Source: Octopus sinensis (Eukaryota). From it: a stretch of 64,000 nt of DNA. Under the pieces are notes generated by a model. It made no database searches. It was not told the origin of the DNA and worked only from the letters and a program-made list of their open reading frames with translations. Location: the NCBI RefSeq assembly GCF_006345805.1, contig NC_043004.1:71548001-71612000 (forward strand), written 5' to 3'. The translations under genes were made by a program, and so were the position numbers. This document shows positions 41,042-55,253 of this stretch, piece by piece (the stretch's first letter is position 1; each line of letters begins with the position of its first letter).

Positions 41042-41899
41042 CATACACACACATACACACAAACTCACACACATGTACTGAAAAGAGTATAAGTGGCATA
41101 AATTGTCCTGGCGGATATCGTCACAAAATGGTATAGACGCTAGCTATCCACAACAATCCAATCACATAGTACTCAAGCATAAATAGATACTGGTTGTTGT
41201 AAGCTTCACTTTTTAGGTTGTTCCTTGTTCCTACTCAGAACTGCAAATGTTCGGTAGGTAATTGTATAAATTGTTGCTTCTAATAAGCCATGTTGCAGCC
41301 ATTTTTTCCTCAACGTTTTCAGTTCAAATCCCACCACGATCATGCTTCTCATTCATTCTTTCAGGGTCAATAAGATAATACTAGTTAATTACGTCCCCAA
41401 GAAAATTACTGAGATCGATGTATCATAATTAACTGTACCCTTCTTCCAAAATATGGTACTAGGTAAAGAATCTTAATTATTATCATGGGAAAACTATTGG
41501 TGCTAATAAATAAAAAGTAATTAATACATACGCATAGTTGAACTCGTAGGTTGCTTTATATCTCCAAACCACTGGCTTGAGATGAGTTTTTCATACTGGA
41601 ACCACGATGTGAAAGTTGTCTGTCTTCCATCGAAAATTAATGAGCGAACATCAGTTTTATTTTTTCTCAAGGTGACTTTCACCTGAAAATATAAGATCAA
41701 TAAAATCAAGAAGAAACCTCACAGAGGAGACAACAAGAGACGCAACGAGAAAGCAGGGGTAGACAGAAAAGTGCGAGGGGAGACAGACACTGACAGTGAG
41801 GTGAAGAGTTAGAAACGGAGAGCCGAGAGACAGATGTCTCCTCTGATGTGGCATAAATCGTTACAGCTGTTTCACAGAACAGTGGTTCATAAATGGCTT

Positions 41900-42760
41900 A
41901 ACTGTACTACAATTCATTTCGCCAACAGCACCCACCATTTTCTAAATATATTTTAAAAAGTGATAACGGAGTAATGACTAATCTTATATAAAAGAAATAA
42001 TATGAAACAGCGTTTAAGGATGAATTGAAGTATATTTACTTTTATTTTTACTTGCCGACAAACGCCCAAGTTCTTCCCAAAATACGACGTACCTAAGAGA
42101 TGTGATGAATAGCAAGCGACGTATGTATTGTGTCCATCTGAAAGCCCTGGGAGTGCAAATTGAAACAAAGATCCGTTCTCAGTTCTTTTGAATATGGTGA
42201 CATATACAGTTTACTAGAAGGAGAATTTAAGGAAGTTCTCCCAAACCAACCTTATGGTTTTTTTGTTTGTTTCTTTTCGCAGTTCCTCTTAGCCTTAGCA
42301 CTTCTCTCACAGCGATGCAGCTATAGACAAATTGAACCCTTTAACAATTGGGTTTATCTACACTTCCTGGTATCGTAGTTTAAAAATATCGCTAGCTGAC
42401 ATACTGAAACAATCTCCAAACACTTCTCTATTATTTCTCATACCTAAGCCTAGCATTTATGAAGTCATCAAATATATCCCAAGCAAATCATTACATGTTA
42501 CATCTTCCTACAGTATAACAATCCTTGCTCTTCAGATCCTCTACCATCTTCAAATTAGTTGACCGTGACAAATTCCCGCCACCTCTATGTAGAAAATCTC
42601 CAGGGATAATGCCAAAAGTTGCAAACATTTAGGAATGTCACTGTCAAAAAGTAGGACAACTTTAAAAAGACGATCATCGGCAAAACTGGAAAGTGTATTG
42701 AGACATTGAAATGGTTGAATCATGTTCCGTTTCAAAAGATTTTCCTGGGTCTCGACATGT
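41900..42760 (-). mobile_element. Decayed L1/Tx1-like RT remnant
   Basis: SSFADD, LLGIY, PIVKGFNLSIA; heavily disrupted. Confidence 0.5.
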
Positions 42761-42999
42761 CTTTCTAAGTGAACCTACAGTAAATTTAAGAAATCAACTT
42801 TTTAAACATCTTTAAAACCAATATGGCTACTTGTGTCATTTCTAATTTTACTGCATTGCTGCCCATTTCTAACGCTGTGTACATATATAATTTGTTATAT
42901 GCACACGCTCACATACACATATACTCAAATATACATACAGACATAAATACACATCTGCAAAAGCACAAACACACAAAGGTTCTCATGAGCTTATAATAA

Positions 43000-43660
43000 T
43001 ATTTCAACGCGATCACGCGGCCTGCTAGAACAAGCAGTAATATTTCAATAAAATTACACTCTATACTCTTAAAAGAAGCGGACGGCGCTAAACCCCAACA
43101 GCAACACCAACAACATCTCAAACTCCCTGGTTCATTTCCGTCTGTTCTCTCACAACATTCACATACATCACTGAACATTTGAAATCCAACAAGGCTCTTT
43201 ACTGAAGCTGACAGAGTCACTTTCATATAATCAACCAATAAATTCCAGTGATAGCTCTCGTCCTGATCAAGCTCTCCAATCTTTTCCTACTCCAATAATC
43301 TGTTCTAATCTGGATAAACCTGCGACGAGGACTACCCTTCTCAAAAAGGGACATCTCTTCTTGGAAACCAGCCTGCTAACTATCGTCGAAAGACTCTTAC
43401 TTCCAGGATCTCAGAAATCATGCAAACAATAAAGAACAGTTATATTCTATGTCACCATTTGTATTTCTTTCTCCCCCAGTCCTCTTAGTGACCAACAGTA
43501 CGTCTTTTGTTGAGTTAAACCTATCAGAGCTACCTTCAAAACCACATAAAATTTGTTTCAGGCCACTGAGAATTTCACAACCAAAAGCTTTTCTGTCACC
43601 CATAAAAATCAGAAAATACTCGACAATGTTTGATATGAGATCCACCTGGCTATGTTGCTC
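43000..43660 (+). mobile_element. Decayed CR1-like RT remnant
   Basis: KPANYR..LTS, LSDQQY.F. Confidence 0.5.
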
Positions 43661-46299
43661 TCTATGAATTCCTCATCTTAATGACTTGGTGTATTATTTT
43701 ATCCATCCTGGTGTAATAGAAGGCTAAGTTGACCTCGGTGTGATATGAGCTTACTGTTAAAAAAGCCGTAATTAAATACGGTAGAGAAATGCGTTCAACG
43801 CTTTTGTGTTTCTATCAATCCAATGGTGATGATGATGATAATAAATCCCCTGCTGCAGTGCTACAGTGACTCTCATGCCTTCTAATATTCACTGATCAGA
43901 AGTCTTGTGTGAAAGATGGGCTAGAGCAAATTTTCTGCTTAGTACTGCAGAATTGCTTAACTTTAACCAGTTGAGCACGTCATTTAGTGAGTGACTATAT
44001 GAGCATTTCTGATAACGAGGAGTAGTAGTGAGAGAGCGTCACGGCCATGTGTTGGGGTGAATTCTTTGGGGTTTGAATAATTCACTTCTGGAAACATGCA
44101 TGTTTTCTTCATCATCCTGAAACAAACCTTTTTCAGGTACCTTCTGAGCGGTGTGGGCTATTCTACCCAAAGAAAATTCTAAGTGGGCTCCACCTGCAAG
44201 TCGATGTGCTGTTTATGCGCACATGTTTATGATGCATATGCCTCAGAACGTAAAAAAGATTAAATGCTATTTTGTCCTCTGTGTTAACGATTCTACAAAT
44301 TCCCTAACCTTCGAGGTGGGGTTTGTCGATTAAATCAATTCTTGTGCTTCACTGGTACTTTACTTTATCGACCTCGAAAGGATAAAAGTTAATGTTGGCT
44401 CTGCCGGAATTTCAACTCAAAACGTAAGTAAAAAGCAGAATACTGTAACGATTTTACAAATTCACAAATCTTGGAGTTGGATTTATTGACTAAATCTAGT
44501 CTAGCACTTGACCGGTACATTATTATATCGACCCTGATTGGGGAAACTTTACTTTTGACACCGATGGTATTTGAACCCAGAACATAAAACGTCGGAAGCA
44601 ATACCCTACAGTCTAACGATTTTGACTCTCATCTATCGTAGTTTTCTTTCAATCCTAATCATCCTTCGTGAGAAATGACATAATGAAAGAACTTCCAGTC
44701 TTCTCGTTTTCTCAAAATATTGCGTCTCAGAGAACGGTACCCGGTAGATAGATGCATTATGATTTGTGGCGTATTTGACTGCTATTCCCTGTTAATAAAA
44801 TGATCACATAGGGGTTACCTTGTTAGTCGAACGTTTTATTTAGTAAGCCTTTGCCATTAGCTATCTTTGAGCTTTCTCTCAAATAGAAATAATCAAAGAA
44901 GGGTATTTGTGGACGCATGCGCTTATGTGAGTGATTATTTGTGCCTTGATTCCGTGTATGCGTGCCGAAGCAAACGGTATAGAAAGACTAATTTCAAAAC
45001 AAGACACGAGTCAAAACTGGAACTTACTAGACCACAAGGTTTAAACAACATCCTCAGCAGCAATTTTGAGACAATATATTACATACGCTATTACAATATT
45101 GACATGAAAAAGATGGAAATATCTTCCAATATAACTGACCAACCATATGAAGACTGTTCATTAAATGACAACCATTTGGAAATTTTAAAAATGTATTACC
45201 ATTTGAATTGGCAAATTTTCCCAGTATTTATAAATAGGACTCCTTTTAAATGAGCTTTCGTTTATCTCAAATACCTTCTGCCAGCTTGTACCTGCATGAG
45301 TAATAAATAAGTACATTTTCACTGTAAAGGAAGAGACGAGATTTTAAAGTAAATTTTACCAAGATTTTAAAACCAATATATTAACATGTCATACGAGGCA
45401 GTGAAAATTACTGCAAGGATTTAGAAATTATGATATTTGCAATTAGTTTTCTCCAGATTCATCTCGATTTTTTGATTTTCAGTTCCTATTTCACATATTC
45501 CAGAATTTCATATTTAAAGAAAATTTTAGAACGTTGTTAGTATTGTTGCTATTTAGCACCAATTCAACCCTGATTGAGAAGTCTTATAGGAAAAGTTGTT
45601 CGGGCCATGATTAACTCGTCTATCTCTCATATATTTTCTATCTAGCACAATCCGATGTGTACCGTCCTTTTCAAGATGACACGATATAATTTGAAGGTGA
45701 TTTTTCTGATGTTTTTAGCAGATCGACCGACTTGGGAAAGCATGGCCTTATGACGCATTAAATTAAATCGATGAAATATTTTATTGAAAGAGTTATGATA
45801 CACATTATTAGGATAGAAGTCGTTAGTAAAAATGGAAAAAGGAAAACAAGTCCTATAGACCCCATCTGCATGAAAAGCAGTTGTTCGTTTAGTGTTATTC
45901 TGTTTATGGTATAAACTTCGCCTTTCATCCTCTCGGGATAGATAAATTAAGTACCAGATATGTACTGGGATATATCTAATCGACTGGCCCCCTCCCCCAA
46001 AACTTCGGGCCTTGTGCCTAGAGTAGAAAAGAATATATTTAAGGTAGGAACATTAAAAACTTTTAAAGAGAAATTATTAGTCTGTGGAGGAAAATATATT
46101 AGTTTTTGAATATTTAAGATTATTTTTGAAAGAACGAAAGTAAAACCCTAACAATTTACGGTTTGTTTAGCACTTCATTAGCGACGTATGATGTTGTACG
46201 CACTTTCCTAAATTATAATGAACAAATCACTAATTGGATGTACAAAAGTGTACTCCGATTGCTGTAGAGAACTGCAATAGTTTAGAGAATAAATCAGAG

Positions 46300-47250
46300 A
46301 AGACATGTATGTGTAAACTGGATGATTTATTAATATTAATTATATAACTGGTTATAGCCGTGAGTTCGAACCTTAATGGGAAACTACCTTTTAACTTTCT
46401 TTAAAAGAACTGCTTTGTTATAATATCGCGTATATTGAAGAATTAATTTTGTGGAAAATAAGTCATTTACTTCTTGGAGTATTGTAACTGATTAACGCAT
46501 TACAAATGTCCTGAATAACTGTAAGTCAGTCGGATAACCTTCTTTTGGTTGCCGTCTTGGATATTTTGTGAATATCGCAAGAAAACCGTTTAATAAATGT
46601 GAGCAACAAAGCCCTTGTCTTATTGGTGTTCTGTAGAGAATTAATAACTTGCTAGAACTGAATTATTTCTTGAATGTCAAGAAAAATTACATGCTTTGGG
46701 ACAGAGCATTGCCAAATTTAAACATGTGAAAATGTCACGTGATATTATCTGGGATTTTGACACCTGGTCCCCATCGCTACTTCAAGGGCTTTAGTTTAGT
46801 CGTTTAGCTCTTGAGCAATGGAGTTGTAAACCAGAAACTAGACTAGTTTTGTGAAGAACACTGAACTGCAAAAGCACAAATAGTAAGGTAGATTTGTTTA
46901 ATCATATGTTTCTCTAAGATTGCAAGCATAGAGGACATGTTTATATAAATCATTTCCTTGTCCTAATAGTGACACCTTTTAGAAAATTTAGAAATGGACT
47001 AAGTGGGTCTTCTTTGGGCATTGTAAAGAATACACCGTATCTGAGGACAATAAAAAGAAGATATAGTTTCAGGAATACTGTATGTATGCGGTAAATACGT
47101 GAGATAATCAAAGGTTAGAAGGGTTCGTATTGGTATTAATTCCCATGGCTTTCTTTTAATGCCTTTCTCTTGCTATGTTTAATGCTTGTGTTCTGATTAT
47201 ATTTTCAGGGTCTCTGTTCATGGAAACCTGGTCTACCCCATGTGTGGAGA
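46300..47250 (-). mobile_element. Highly decayed Penelope-like RT remnant
   Basis: EVAMGTRC motif near 46760-46790. Confidence 0.35.
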
Positions 47251-47299
47251 AAGTGCATGTATAATGTATGTGTGTGAAACATAGTATCTATATGTCGTG

Positions 47300-47590
47300 G
47301 CACTCCGTCGGTTACGACGACAAGGGTTCTAGCTGAACAGATCAACGGAACATGCAAGTGGTTGAGCACTCCATAGACACATGTACACTTAACATAATTC
47401 TCGAGGGAGATTCAGCGTGACATAGAGTATGACAAGGCTGACCCTTTGAAATACAGGTACAAAAGAAATAGGAAGAAAGGGTGAGAGAAAGTTGTGGCGA
47501 AAGATAACAGCAGGATTCGCCACTACCTCCTACCGGAGACTTGTGAAGCTTTAGGTGTTTTCGCTCAGTAAACACTTACATCGCCCGGTC
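47300..47590 (-). mobile_element. SINE fragment, family of 52540-53130
   Basis: gtggcactccgtcggttacgacg...gagattcagcgtgaca..gacaaggctg.ccctttgaaatacaggtac. Confidence 0.8.
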
Positions 47591-48196
47591 TAGTATCTAT
47601 ATAAATAGTATCTATAACCTTAAACTGACTCTCGTTTATCGTGTAGCAATCTCAGAAACGAAAAGAAAGAATGGCGAAATGAGGAACAGAGGTAAAAGGA
47701 GTAGCTATAACGAGACACACACACCAGGCATTCCATTTATTTCCAAAGTATAGCTACGGAAACTGCACTCTATATTCGATGTGCCCGATTTCCTTGTTTA
47801 TTTTAAACGGAAATATCTGACCCAATATCAATTTCTAATGGGGACACAAAGACATACACTTGGAAAGAGGATATAATCTTTCATCCGGACCACCGCATAT
47901 ATCTGTATTTACTTTATACTCCCTAAAAGGAAGGACAAAACGATAACGAGTTTGGCAGAATTTGAACGATAAAAAGGACTTCGCTAGGCGTTGCAATGTA
48001 TCTTGATCGCTGTTTGTACTAATCCTGCCTGTTTTTCGCTCCTATACTTCGTTTAATACAAAACAAAGAATTTCACGAATGTGCAATAGTCAGGTGGTTA
48101 AATATATTGCAAGCGGTTAATGGTGGAAATGGAAGACAAAAAGAAACAAAAACAAATGATAAATAAAACACATAAGTAAAAACTTGATTTACTCAC

Positions 48197-48526
48197 TGTT
48201 TCCCGAGAACCTTACATAAGATAAACAGTCGCAGGAAGTATCGTGAATATCTTCGTTGTAGAACAATTCATACATTTTGCATGGCCCATTACAATAACTG
48301 AAGTAACCACACTCCTCATTCATCATACACCGTAATGCACATTCTGTGACGGATGTCGTATATTCGGTTCGTGTAGTATGAAGCCTCAAGCATTTTGACT
48401 CCGTTGTTTTCCTAAAAAGTTGCCCGTCATCGTTTGATGCACCAGTTCTCAAAATCGCGATAAAAATAATTGTGAATACTTGCAGTCGACTGAGAATCAA
48501 ATGGGATTGATTTGACATTTTCATTA
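48197..48526 (-). CDS. Gene C exon 2: signal peptide plus 8-Cys PAN/Apple-like domain
   Basis: Acceptor tttttcag|TA ATG; phase-1 donor AAACA|gtgagt; leader LQVFTIIFIAILRTGA; TECALRCMMNEECGYFSYCNGPC; same Cys spacing as gene A. Confidence 0.85.
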
Positions 48527-49204
48527 CTGAAAAATATAGATACAGTAAGCACATAAATGTGAAACAAGGTGGAAAAAAGAGTACTCGAATACCAGAGGTA
48601 GAGTTATACGCTTTATTTAAAAGCAGAAGAAATAGGAAGAAAGTATAACAAAAGCTGTTACTCAGACTTTTACGTTCCCGTTCGTTGGACAGTGTTTGTT
48701 AAAATAGAATAGAAATAACAGTTTGATCAAAACTAGTTAAAGGATACACCTTTAAAAATGTATTTCTTTTATTGGTCCTTTCAAATAAAGGTCTTAAGTA
48801 TGCGATAAACAAAATAAATGAATTCAATATAAATTATAAATTATAAAAATCGAGGAACAACCTTAAATCAAACAGCGATTCAAAATACATATTGACATCA
48901 ATTATATAGAAATATAATTCGATTAATACAATTAATACATAAAAATTTAAAATTTAAACGGCCATGAATCAGATAAACTTAGGAAGGACCTTATTGCTTT
49001 CTTCCAAAGGATGGGCTTACGGGTTACGATAGATACTAACCTGAAAAGTGTAGATGTTCTAGATGTAAATTTGGATTTAAGGTCGGATAAATTTAAACCT
49101 TTAAATATGAAAGGGAAAATCGAACAGAGACTAGATAGAGGTATTTATTTCGAGAGACTAACTAATTTTCTCATTTATTGCATTATTTTTGTTTATTTAT
49201 TATT

Positions 49205-49441
49205 TCTTTTAATCGTTTCAATCCTTTGACTGTGGCGATGCTGGAGCACCGCCTTTAGTTGAACAAATCGATCACAGGACTTATTCTTTTTAAACCTAGT
49301 ACTTATTCTATCGGCCTCTTTTGCCGAACTGCTATGTTACGGGGGCGTAAACAAACCAAAATCGGTTGCCAAGCGATGGTGGAGGGACAAACACAGACAA
49401 AACATACAGACATATATACATGTATATATATACAAATACAT

Positions 49442-49535
<94 letters not shown>

Positions 49536-49700
49536 GTATGTATACATACGACCGGCTTCCTTCAGTTTCAGACAACCAAATCCACTCACAAGGCTTTGGT
49601 CGGGCCGTGGCTATAGCAGAAGTCACTTGCCGAAGTTCCACGCAGTGGGACTGAAGACAGAACCATGTGATTTGGAAGCAAGCTTCATACCACACAACCA
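49205..49700 (-). mobile_element. Composite tRNA-derived SINE with internal (TA)n, in gene C intron 1
   Basis: Same family as 9388-9820. Confidence 0.9.
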
Positions 49701-50025
49701 CTGATATTTAAAAATGGTAATGATTTCTGTCGTAGACACAAACCACACGAGAGACAAATGAAAGATAAACACCAACATTGTGGGATTCGAAATAAGAACG
49801 TAAAGATACGTTATTTAATATTAAAATTACTTTATCTGTCGATCCATTATTTCTAAAATTCCCTAATTCTCTCATTGCTTCTCCTTGGAAATGCGAAAGG
49901 ATAATGATAAATATAATGTAACGAGAGAATAAATAAGCGGCAGTATTTTCCAACACAGAATTATAGAAACAATTGCAGTTATTATTGTATTATTATTTGA
50001 TTCCTAGTATTATTAATTCACTTAC

Positions 50026-50038
50026 CTTTAAAATTCAT
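50026..50038 (-). CDS. Gene C exon 1 coding part (ATG AAT TTT AAA G = MNFK, phase 1)
   Basis: Consensus donor AAAG|gtaagt; joins in frame to 48526 (G|TA ATG). Confidence 0.75.
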
Positions 50039-50619
50039 GACTGTTACAGAGTTGCTTAGTGAAGGTCACTTTTAAGTAGAAATTCAGCCAAATACAAATG
50101 TCTCACTGGAAAAAGTATTTTCTGCAACTTAATGGTCCTTTTTACAAGTTTGGATAAACGGGATTGTACATGGCCATTCCATATATTAACGAAACCGACT
50201 GATTTGTGTTACACTGACTTCGAAATATATATTTACTTGAAACAATATCATCAAACTTTTTCCAATCTTAGAAGGATAGGTGAGCAAATTACACTTACTT
50301 TCACTCTAATTCTAGAAGCTGTTGTAAGGATATTACAATTTTCTTGAAGACTTTTAAATATGAGGTTCTTTGTTGTTCTGCAATCTCTCCAGAATATTTT
50401 GTTATCAAGAGCATAAGTGAATTATCAGTTTTTTGCCATTGCTTCCCTAATTTTCTAATCAATGACCACTTCTATCCATCGATTTTCACAAATAAACCAA
50501 TCGAAAGAAAACACATGTATTTATACACTTGGTTAAACAAAAGTTTTAAATCGACACCGGAACATATTGACAATTTTCAGTTTTCTTATATATTTTTATT
50601 TTGCATTAAAAAAATTATA

Positions 50620-52090
50620 GCTGTTGCAACTGCCATAAAGAAATGTTTTCCAAACACCTCGACCATGTCCTTTCCCTCACACATTCATGACACCAATGAT
50701 GCTCTCCGTCTGTTTAACTCTTCTCTTTCGTTTCTGGGCGCTCTCAACTTCTGTTCACTCCCGACATTAAATCTTTGTATAGGATGATCCCCCACGACGA
50801 AGGCCTTCTTGCGCTTAAAAACTTCCTTGACATTCGACCAGACCCTTAGCCTTCTCCACACGTCTTCGGTTGGCCGAACTTGATCTCTCCCTCAATTGCT
50901 TCGTGTTCGTAGGGGAGTTTTACCGACAGATCTCGAGAGTGGGCATGGGAACGAGAATAGGTTCCAAATATGCAAACCTTTTTGAGGCCCAAATATTCTC
51001 ACAATTCACTGGTCCCACTCCCGAGCTATATCGTCTTTATATTGATGACTGTATCGGCGTGACCTCACTCTTCCACGAATATCTGGACTAGTTCCTCTCC
51101 TTTGTCGATTCCTTCCATCCTGCTTTCGAATTCTCCCGCAGTATCTCTAACTCTTCCGTCGAATTTCTTGACATTTCTGTCAACATACAACACTCCGCTC
51201 TCGCTACGTCAATCCGCTACAAACACATTGACTCACACTGCTATCCTAACTTCTCCTCCTTTTACTCTACCCCTCCAAAGCTCACCTTCCACTACTCCCA
51301 ATTCGTTCGTCTACGACGGCTCTGCTGTGATGGCCACAACTTTGAGATTCAGTCTCAACTCATGGCTCACTAGTTCATTCCACGTGGATATCCCTCAGCA
51401 TGATCCATAAAGACATAACTTGGGCAAGATCTATGCTTCTGCCTCTGCTCTTTCTCCTCGCACCTGCACCACCCTTATCTGTCTCCCATTTTCCCTATCT
51501 ATTATACCTCCACCATGCTCCTCCAACGCATCATCCGAGCCTTCCAGCGACTACAGTTCTACCCCTCCACCTAGTAACCTTTCCTAACCTATCTCTTCCT
51601 TCCTTCCTTCCTTCCTTCAAACGAACCCATAGTCTGCATGACCTTCCGATCCACTGTTTCTTCCCTGTCACTGCCTCTCAGCCTGGCTCCTTCCCCTGCT
51701 CTTGCCCACGCTGTCACATCTGCCTCTACACCATCATCCTCACTGGCACCCATCACCGTTCCTATCATCTCACCGACTCCTTTAGCTGCACTTCCAGTAA
51801 TGTTATTTACTGCATCTTCTGCTCTCTCTGTCCTAACCTGTACATTGCTCAGACATTACTTGGGTTACCGGTTCGTGGAGCACCTCCGAGGTATCATACA
51901 TGACAATGACATTCTGGTGTCGCTCAACTTCTGCTCTTCCAATCACTGGCTACACCATCTATCTGTGTTCGAACTGTCTCTACACAGGGACCACCCAGGA
52001 TCCTGTCTTCGCCATGAACAAGAATTAAGCTTCCCTCTCCGTTCCTTTGCGTCATACGGACTGAAGTTATTATCACTCTTCATCTGACAC
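50620..52090 (+). mobile_element. Decayed Penelope-like element (RT plus GIY-YIG)
   Basis: DIKSL..IPHDEGL, YRQ..VGMGTRIGSKYANLF, YIDD; CTSSNVIYCIFCSLCPNLYIAQT. Confidence 0.9.
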
Positions 52091-52539
52091 CAACCCCACG
52101 CGGATTCCCACACACCTCCCTCATTCAACCACTCCACCACCTACTTCGATACCCTCACCACACACACACATACGACTGTACAAACACCCACGGACACTTT
52201 TTCAGTCATTCCTGACTTCACACACCCAATTACATACATACCCACAAACACATTCCCACTCCACACACACACTATCACCGAACACTTCTCAGTATCCACA
52301 TCACACGTCATTATTCATACATCACACTCCATTATCCACACATACACAATATCTTCACTAGCGGTACCCCACATACTAATATACGAGTAGCCCACACACT
52401 GTTTAACTCAGTACACACTCCACACAACATATACACTCCTACACCCATACAAGAACAAATACCTGACCACAGACAATGTATACGCATGCACATGCAACGC
52501 GCATTAACACATATAACTTCGTCCAAACATATACACTGC

Positions 52540-53130
52540 CGTGGCACTCCGCCGGTTACGACGCCAAGGGTCCAGTCGATCTGATCAACGGAAAAACCTG
52601 CTCATGAAATTAACGTGTGACAGAGCACTCCACAGATACGTATACCCTTAATGTAGTTCTCGAGGAGATTCAGCGTGACACAGAGTGTGACAAGGCTGGC
52701 CTTTTGAAATACAGGTAACACAGAATCAGGAAGAAAGAGTGAGAGAAAGTTGTGGTAAAAGAATACAGCAGGGTTCGCCGTCATCCCTGCTGGAGCCTCG
52801 TTGAGCTTTATGCATTTTCGTTCAATAAACACTCACGGATCAACGGAACAGCTTGCTCATGAAATTAACATGCAAGTGGCTGAGCACTCCATATACACAT
52901 GTACCCTTAACATAATTCTCGAGGGAGATTCAGCGCGACATAGAGCATGACAAGGTTGATTCTTTGAAATGCAGGTACAAAAGAAACAGGAAGAAAGGGT
53001 GAGAGAAAATTGTAGTGAAAGATGACAGCAGGGTTTGCCAACATCCCTTGCCGGAGCCTCGTGGAGCTTTAGGTGTTTTCGCTCAGTAAACACTCACAAT
53101 GACCGGTCAGGAAATCAAAACCGCGATCCT
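52540..53130 (-). mobile_element. Tandemly duplicated SINE body
   Basis: Two units (about 52575-52837 and 52838-53130), each starting gatcaacgga and ending cgttcaataaacactcac or cgctcagtaaacactcac. Confidence 0.85.
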
Positions 53131-53749
53131 ACCAGCTACATATACATTGTACATATGCACACACACTCACACGTACACAAGTGAACACACTACCTCAACA
53201 AGTACACACAACATACACACACGCGCACACATACACACTTTAGCCTCACACATATATACACATCCATACGCATACACACATTAACCCACCCACAATTACG
53301 TACTCACACACTGCTCCCATTCTCACATACATACTTACACACATCATCATACATGCGCACACGCGTTTACAGGGCTAACAAAGAACTGATCACGAGTCAT
53401 GATATCGGTAATTTGATAATAGGCACAAGTTCGCATGATACAGGTAACTCTTTTCTAATATTCAGGTTGCAAGCCGTCCTCCATGTCAGTTAATTTCATC
53501 TCAACTACAACAGTAATATTTATGCTCTCCAACGCCGTTGACTGTTCACTATTACATCAAGTTGTTCCTGAAAAAAAAAAGAGAAAATTATTGTCAAATT
53601 CAAGCCCCAAACCCTACGAAATATATAAATGCAAACCATGAAAAATAATTGTTTATTGCGCTAGTTTGGGAAAATGGAACACTTTACTGCAACTCCAGTT
53701 GTGCGAAGAGATAAAAAAAAACTTAATTGTTTTCGGTACTATTCGATAA

Positions 53750-54115
53750 TTAAGAGGAAAGTAGGTTATCATCCGGAGAAAACTAGCCATTTAAGCGTAC
53801 AAAGCCATTATATTGCAATGGTTTGTATAAGAAATCAATCACTAATGATTATCTGTTTAACTACAGGCTAGTTTACGTTTCGCATTCAGCAACCGGAAGT
53901 TATTGTAAATGTTACTGTTTTATTTCCTCAAGATTATATTCATCAGTCTATTTCTCAAACGTTTCTTGTTTAAGCTTGTTCCTACTCTTAAATCCATGAG
54001 TTTTTTTTTTTTTGCTTTTCTTTTCTCCCAGTTTGTCTATAATCGAATCTTTATTTCTGAATTCATCAATGCCAACTCTTATATGTACCATATTGTTTGT
54101 TAGAACTTAGATGCT
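53750..54115. repeat. Block paralogous to 25740-26130 and, more weakly, 59440-59680
   Basis: aatgattatct...gtttcgcattcag.a.ccggaagttat.gtaaat; tttcttgttt.a.cttgtt...catgag. Confidence 0.75.
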
Positions 54116-54193
54116 CTTTTATGTACATATATATCTATTTTACACACACACACACACATACCCGCACTCATATATATTTAAACGTATATATAT

Positions 54194-54250
<57 letters not shown>

Positions 54251-55008
54251 GGGTAGAGTAGGGTCTTGATACGGGAGTTCCAGGATTGTTTAACAACCTC
54301 CTAGCGATTATTGTTTCCAGGTCTAATCTAAGCCAGACCAGCAGCAGCTGTTACAGTGCCAGCTGTACCTAAGTAGCCCTAATCCCATCCAGTATAATAC
54401 CAAGTGTGATCTCGGCATAGCAAAGGTCTTAGCTATTTTGAAATTTACGGGTTATCTTAATGAACGCAGCAGTGTAATTTTTACCTGTAAACATCGATCA
54501 CTAAATGTATTCGCAGTGAAATAACCCAGAAACCCATCGGCACACATATATTGCATTGAGTGGAGTGGGCCAACTGAAGACGATATTTACTTGGGTCTAA
54601 AGAACAGTCACATTGGTCCTAATCAGGACTGCCGCTTAACGTTGGTAAATAAACTTTACTCTATCGTACTGTTTCTGTATGTTTCTTGTTCAGAGATTTA
54701 GAGCTAATAATTTCTCTATTTATGAGATCAGTGATGTGTGTCCCTTTGTAAAGTATATACTTCGAACAAGAACTAGTGTCACCATCTTTGTGCTGATGAA
54801 GAGAAATAACCCAGAAAACATTGGTTTACAGATATTGCGTTAAGCAGACTGGGGACGCTAACTCTCTTGTTTGAAAATATATGGACGCAGTTAGTGTGTT
54901 GATAGCCAGCTGGAGACCATATTTTCCTGGAGCTAACCAGTACTGCCACTTTATGTTCGAAAATGAATGTTGCTATCTCTCTCACTTTCTTTCCCCCTCT
55001 CTCCCTCC

Positions 55009-55044
<36 letters not shown>

Positions 55045-55085
55045 GTGTGTGTGTATATAGATATATATATGTGTATATATATATA

Positions 55086-55147
<62 letters not shown>

Positions 55148-55159
55148 CATATATATATA

Positions 55160-55253
<94 letters not shown>

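Noticed and set aside
44867-45253. 128-aa plus-strand ORF
   Set aside because: No recognisable motif, splice signals or paralogue; within chance expectation
54779-54975. Non-repetitive part of minus ORF 54779-55150
   Set aside because: Only a faint endonuclease-like impression; not supportable
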